NCBI GenBank assembly: GCA_963693365.1
Contig: CAVNZM010000003.1
Span: 2,196,768-2,260,767 of the forward strand
Source of the DNA: Amoebidium appalachense
Lineage: Eukaryota; Protista; Ichthyosporea
Direction: 5' to 3'
Length of the DNA: 64,000 bases
The position numbers and the translations under genes are program-made. Every line of letters starts with the position of its first letter. The first letter of the stretch is position 1. Below, piece by piece: positions 60,022-64,000 of the stretch. The notes below the pieces were generated by a model. It was not told where the DNA came from. It worked only from the letters and a program-made list of their open reading frames with translations, and did not search any database.

Positions 60022-61539
60022 GGGGGGGGGGGGGGGGGGGCAAGCTTCTGCCAAGCAGAATGGGAGTAGGGGCCAGTGATTGCAAGGGATGCAGGGGGGG
60101 GGGGGGGGGGGGGGGGAGAGACACCACCGTCGGGGTTGAAGGTAGAGAGGGCAAGAGGCCCGGGGTGGGGTGGGGTGGGGGGGGGGGGGGGGGACAGTAG
60201 GTGCCATATGGAGGGCTGTCCCATGGTTTGGGGGGAGGGGGAGTGGGGAAGGATCGTGGGCACATGGGTTTGGGGGGAAGGCAGAGAGGGGGAAAGGATT
60301 GTGATCACAAGGGTTTAGGGGGAGGAGGGGGGAAGGATTGTAGGTACATGGGTTTAGGGGGGGAGGGGGGGGGGAAGATTTTGGGGGAAAGGGAGGCCTG
60401 GGGAAAGTATGTGGGCACATGGGTTTGGGGGGAAGGAGGGGGAAGGGTTTTGGGGGAGAGGGAGGGGAAAGTATGTGGGCACATGGGTTTGGGGGGAGGG
60501 AGGGGGAAAGGATTGTGTGGGCACTGAAGTCTCGTGAAGGGCCATGTGGTAAGGGAAGCTAGAACATGCATGGCCGCTCGGAGATGCCCTCTCACACAGT
60601 GCGGCACCCCAGAGATCCGGGCGCAGGCATTTACACGGGACTGCAGCCACCAGGAGATTGAGCCCGTGATCCAGCGCATCTCTGCCACCACGGCGGCGCT
60701 CAACAGCAAGGGCCCGGCCTTCTTCTACACAGATCGGTGCTGCCAAGACCGGGCGTTTGTTGAGCGCATGTTTCCAACCCTAGCCCGGCCAAAATGCCCC
60801 GTCCGTCTGAACGAGGCTGCGCTGGTAAGCGTGACGGACGGTCTGCCTGGGCTGGAGCTGCCGGCCAACTACCCTAAGCCGGTGTACACCGACTGCCAGG
60901 GGGCGGTGGTGGCTACAGCGGCCATTCGTGCCGACCTGGAGGGGCAGCAGCACCGCGTGGTGGGGCTGGACTGCGAGTGGGTCTATCGGGTGGGCCAGGC
61001 GCGGTCCAAGGTTTGCACGCTGCAGATTGCCACCGCACGGGCCGTGTACATCTTCCACTTGGCACGCATGGGCCCCAACCACAGCCCGCCCGCGCGGCTG
61101 GTGGACGAGCTGATTGCGCTGCTTAGGGACCCCAGCATCATCAAGGTGGGCAAGCAGATCGGCACGGACTCGGCCCACCTCAACAAGGACTACGGCACCC
61201 CTGTGGCCAGCTATCTGGAGCTGGGCCGGTTCTGCTATGCCCGTGCAGCTATCACCTCTGCGGCCCGGGGCTTGGCCGACATCACTGCCCAGGTCATAGG
61301 CAAGAAGCTGCCCAAGCCGGCACTTGTTCGATGCTCCAACTGGCACGAGCCGCTATCAGAGGTGCAGGCCACCTACGCTGCCCTTGATGCATATGCGTCC
61401 CTGCAGGTCTACTCGGCCGTGGTCGATAGGCCAAACCTGTCAGGTGTGTATCCCACCTGCTTTTTGCCCCAGTGCTTATGTGCTTATGCCAGATATAGAA
61501 AGATTGTGGGCCCCCCAGAGGGAGAGGGGAGGGGGAGGG

Positions 61540-61576
<37 letters not shown>

Positions 61577-61673
61577 GGCTGACCACATGGGCCAGTGTTC
61601 CAGTTGTGTTATGCTGGGTGTCGGGTGGCTATCAAAGGAGGGGGTGATTGGTGGTGGTGGTGGTGGTGGTGGT

Positions 61674-61706
<33 letters not shown>

Positions 61707-62750
61707 CTATAGCACTGTTAACACGTGCAAGTGCCACACAAGCTGGGCACTGGGAGAGGGGGGGGGGGGAGGGAGAAGGGGGGGGGGGGGGGGGGGGAAG
61801 GGGGTTGCTAAGGAATATGCATTTGATTTTTGTGGAGCGAAGAGAAAAACGTTGGTGCTGTGGCTTTTTGGCTGAGTTTTTTGCTTCCCTCTATGACATG
61901 CAGCGCGGCTTCATGCAAAGGCACTCGGTGAAGGGGTTGAGATTGTGCCCCGGCGGGGCCCACATGCTGCAGCAGCCACCGGGGTGGTGCTGGCTGTGCA
62001 GCCGGAGCGCTGGGGGGGCATGAAGGTGGGCAAGAAGCATGCAGTGGTGCGGGTGGATCAGGTGCTGTCGCCGGCCATGCAGGTGCCCTTTGGCCCCGAC
62101 AAGGGCAAGACCCTGGGAGAGCTGGGCCCGCCGCCCTTTGAGCTGATGGTGCACCTGCAGTGGCTACGGCCCATTCAGCCCCCACCGGACCCAGGTGCCG
62201 AGGTGCCGGTGGTCCCTGACCCAGCCCCTCCCCCTGCCAGTCCTCCCCCTGCCGAGCAGCAGCAACCCCTTGCCGGCCCACAGGCACCCCCCCAGGACCC
62301 CCAGGCAGCCCCGGGGGGCCTTGAGGCAGCCCCAGGGGGACCCGAGGCAGCTCCCAGAGAGGGCATGTTGGGCCAGGCACCGCCTGGGGAGGTGGTGTGG
62401 CAGACTGTGCTGAATGACGCCTTCCACTCCATTGCAAACACGGCGGACGGCACGTACAAGTCACACCCCCGCAGGGCTGAGTACGCACGCGCACTCAGCG
62501 AGGCAATATTTGTGTGGAATGAAGAGGATTACGGACATGTGAAGGTGCCCCCCCCCCTCCCCCCCCCCCCCAAAATAAAAAATAAAAAATAAAAATAAAA
62601 AAAACGGCAACAACAACATGCGTGACTGACGCGCACACACACATACACTCGTTAGCACACACTCACCATTCCACCCACAACCATGCACACCTTCGACAAA
62701 ACTTCTGAGGGAAGAGAGAGAGCCTGAGCCTCAGAGAGAGGGGGGGGGAA

Positions 62751-62797
<47 letters not shown>

Positions 62798-63383
62798 GGG
62801 GGGGGAGGAGAGTGGGGGTTATTCATATGCCTAGAGAGAAATAATGTAGGGTTGTGGGGGGAAATAGCCACATGCATTTTTTACTTGTGTTGGGGGAGAA
62901 GATGGGGGGGGTGGAGGGGAGGGGTCCTACAATAACGGCAGGTATCAAAGTCTACCAAACCCAAATTGCAGTGTGCGTAGTAAATTAATATTGGCATCCT
63001 GCCTCACAGGGGGTGCTGGAGCAGAAGGGCATCGACATTGAAACCGAGCTCAAGGGCGGCGACCTGAGCTACTTCATGGAGCGCATCCGGCGGGTTATTC
63101 CCGACCCATACACGCTGGTCTCGCGGCTGGTGGAGTTCAAAAACACCTACAAGGATGTGCCGCCCGGACCGGATGGCAAGCCTCTGTTCAAGAAGGATGG
63201 CTTTGAAAGACTCGAGGCAACATCCCCCCCCCCCCCCCCCTCCCCCTGCAGGCGCCCAACAACTCCACCACCACAGAAAAGATTCTTCGCTTATTTGTCA
63301 TCCTTGGTTCATCTGCACACACACGCACACCCTAGCCTCCCCCCCCCCCCCCCCCCCCCCCCCCCCAAACATACACACACACA

Positions 63384-63438
<55 letters not shown>

Positions 63439-63510
63439 CCCGCACGGCCCTTGCTGCCTAGCCAGTTGTTTTTTGCCTTTCCCTGCTCGTTTTTTTCCTT
63501 AGCAACCCCA

Positions 63511-63557
<47 letters not shown>

Positions 63558-64000
63558 ACACATACACACACACTACCACCACCACCACCCACCCATCTCT
63601 CTGATGTTTGCTTGTGCCCCCACAGTCGCTGCTCGAACACGCCCAAAATGGCTGTCTGTCGGACCCCCCCGGCCTGCCCCTCTACTACGAGACCACTGCC
63701 GACGCAGATGGGCTCATGCGCTACCGCTGCATCCGGGGCACCAACGAGGTGGAGGGGGCAGTGCACAACCCCCTGGCCACCCACTTTGGGGCCACACGCA
63801 TGTCGCTGCGCCTGCTGGACGCCACCATGTCCAATAGGCGCCACCGCCACAACCTGCGTGCACACTACCGCAACCGCCTGGGCCAGGCATCGGGGCCCCC
63901 CCACTACAGCCCCTGGATTGTTGACGACATGGAGGCACTGGCGCTGATGCTGTACGGCCATCACCTCGACCCCCAGTGGGTACCCGTAGGCTGCTACAAG
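57363..64000 (+). CDS. DDE-type transposase (DUF6729-like N-terminal domain) with an embedded 3'-5' exonuclease. Exons: 57363-58467, 59444-59632, 60613-61443, 61904-62544, 63010-63216, 63626->64000 (3' incomplete)
   Basis: The spliced frame is open throughout. Motifs in order: basic GGAREGAGRKKK; RRVIDFDSCYYIITARYFCDTC...RLPLFMRDQFPAYLSHRSGLD...ELHKQRY; LKADHTF (D, 59545); CVNELG|EIR; YTDRCC (D, 60732); exonuclease; LNDAFH (DxxH, 62416); GCLSDPPGLPLY...YRCIRGTNEVEGAVH (E, ~63752). The family call is from recall of similar fungal and animal TE proteins. Confidence 0.8.
60220..60523. repeat. G-rich minisatellite in transposase intron 2
   Basis: GT(G/A)GG(C/T)ACATGGGTTT(G/A)GGGG recurs at ~60256, 60340, 60411 and 60476. 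Confidence 0.8.
60880..61430 (+). other. DnaQ-superfamily DEDDy 3'-5' exonuclease domain (WRN/EXD2/Mut-7-like) within transposase exon 3
   Basis: ExoI VVGLDCEW (60957-60980), CTLQIA, LLRDPSIIKVG, ExoII IGTDSAHL, RGLADI, RCSNW...LS..Q, ExoIII YAALDAY (61374-61394). Confidence 0.9.

Larger units (their letters stand above)
57043..64000 (+). mobile_element. Putative autonomous DNA transposon (unclassified DDE family with a DxxH signature); the right end lies beyond the window
   Basis: It contains the transposase-like gene below. Homology of the flanking DNA to the tandem array stops abruptly at ~57042, and is followed by GGGGGGGTGCGGCATGCC. TIR and TSD cannot be verified without the other end. 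Confidence 0.65.

Overview
This is eukaryotic, intron-rich genomic DNA. Introns and intergenic regions are saturated with poly-C/poly-G runs and (CA)n/(TG)n microsatellites, so most ORFs in the supplied track are artefacts. Manual exon stitching supports five host genes: (1) the 3' part of a probable secreted/GPI-anchored protein (+, to 2879); (2) a 9-exon secreted metzincin, M11/gametolysin-like, with HELGHNLGSFH and a C-terminal EGF-like motif (-, 14044-5338); (3) a 4-exon Ser/Thr kinase (-, ~22.5-18.3 kb); (4) an acidic protein of unknown function (-, 31078 to ~25263); (5) a 4-exon secreted PL14-type polysaccharide lyase (-, 42925-40463). From 47 to 57 kb there is a degenerate, modular tandem array of ~2 kb units. 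From ~57043 to the window end lies the most unusual element: a spliced, apparently intact DDE-type transposase gene (6 or more exons; D..D..DxxH..E) with a complete WRN/EXD2-like DEDDy 3'-5' exonuclease inserted inside its catalytic core. It appears to have inserted into the last array unit. Other oddities are tandem duplications spanning 3' splice sites, microsatellites that directly form splice sites, GC donors and a 78-nt hairpin. The organism cannot be determined; the gene content would fit a unicellular opisthokont (inference only). All family assignments come from motif recognition, not from searches.
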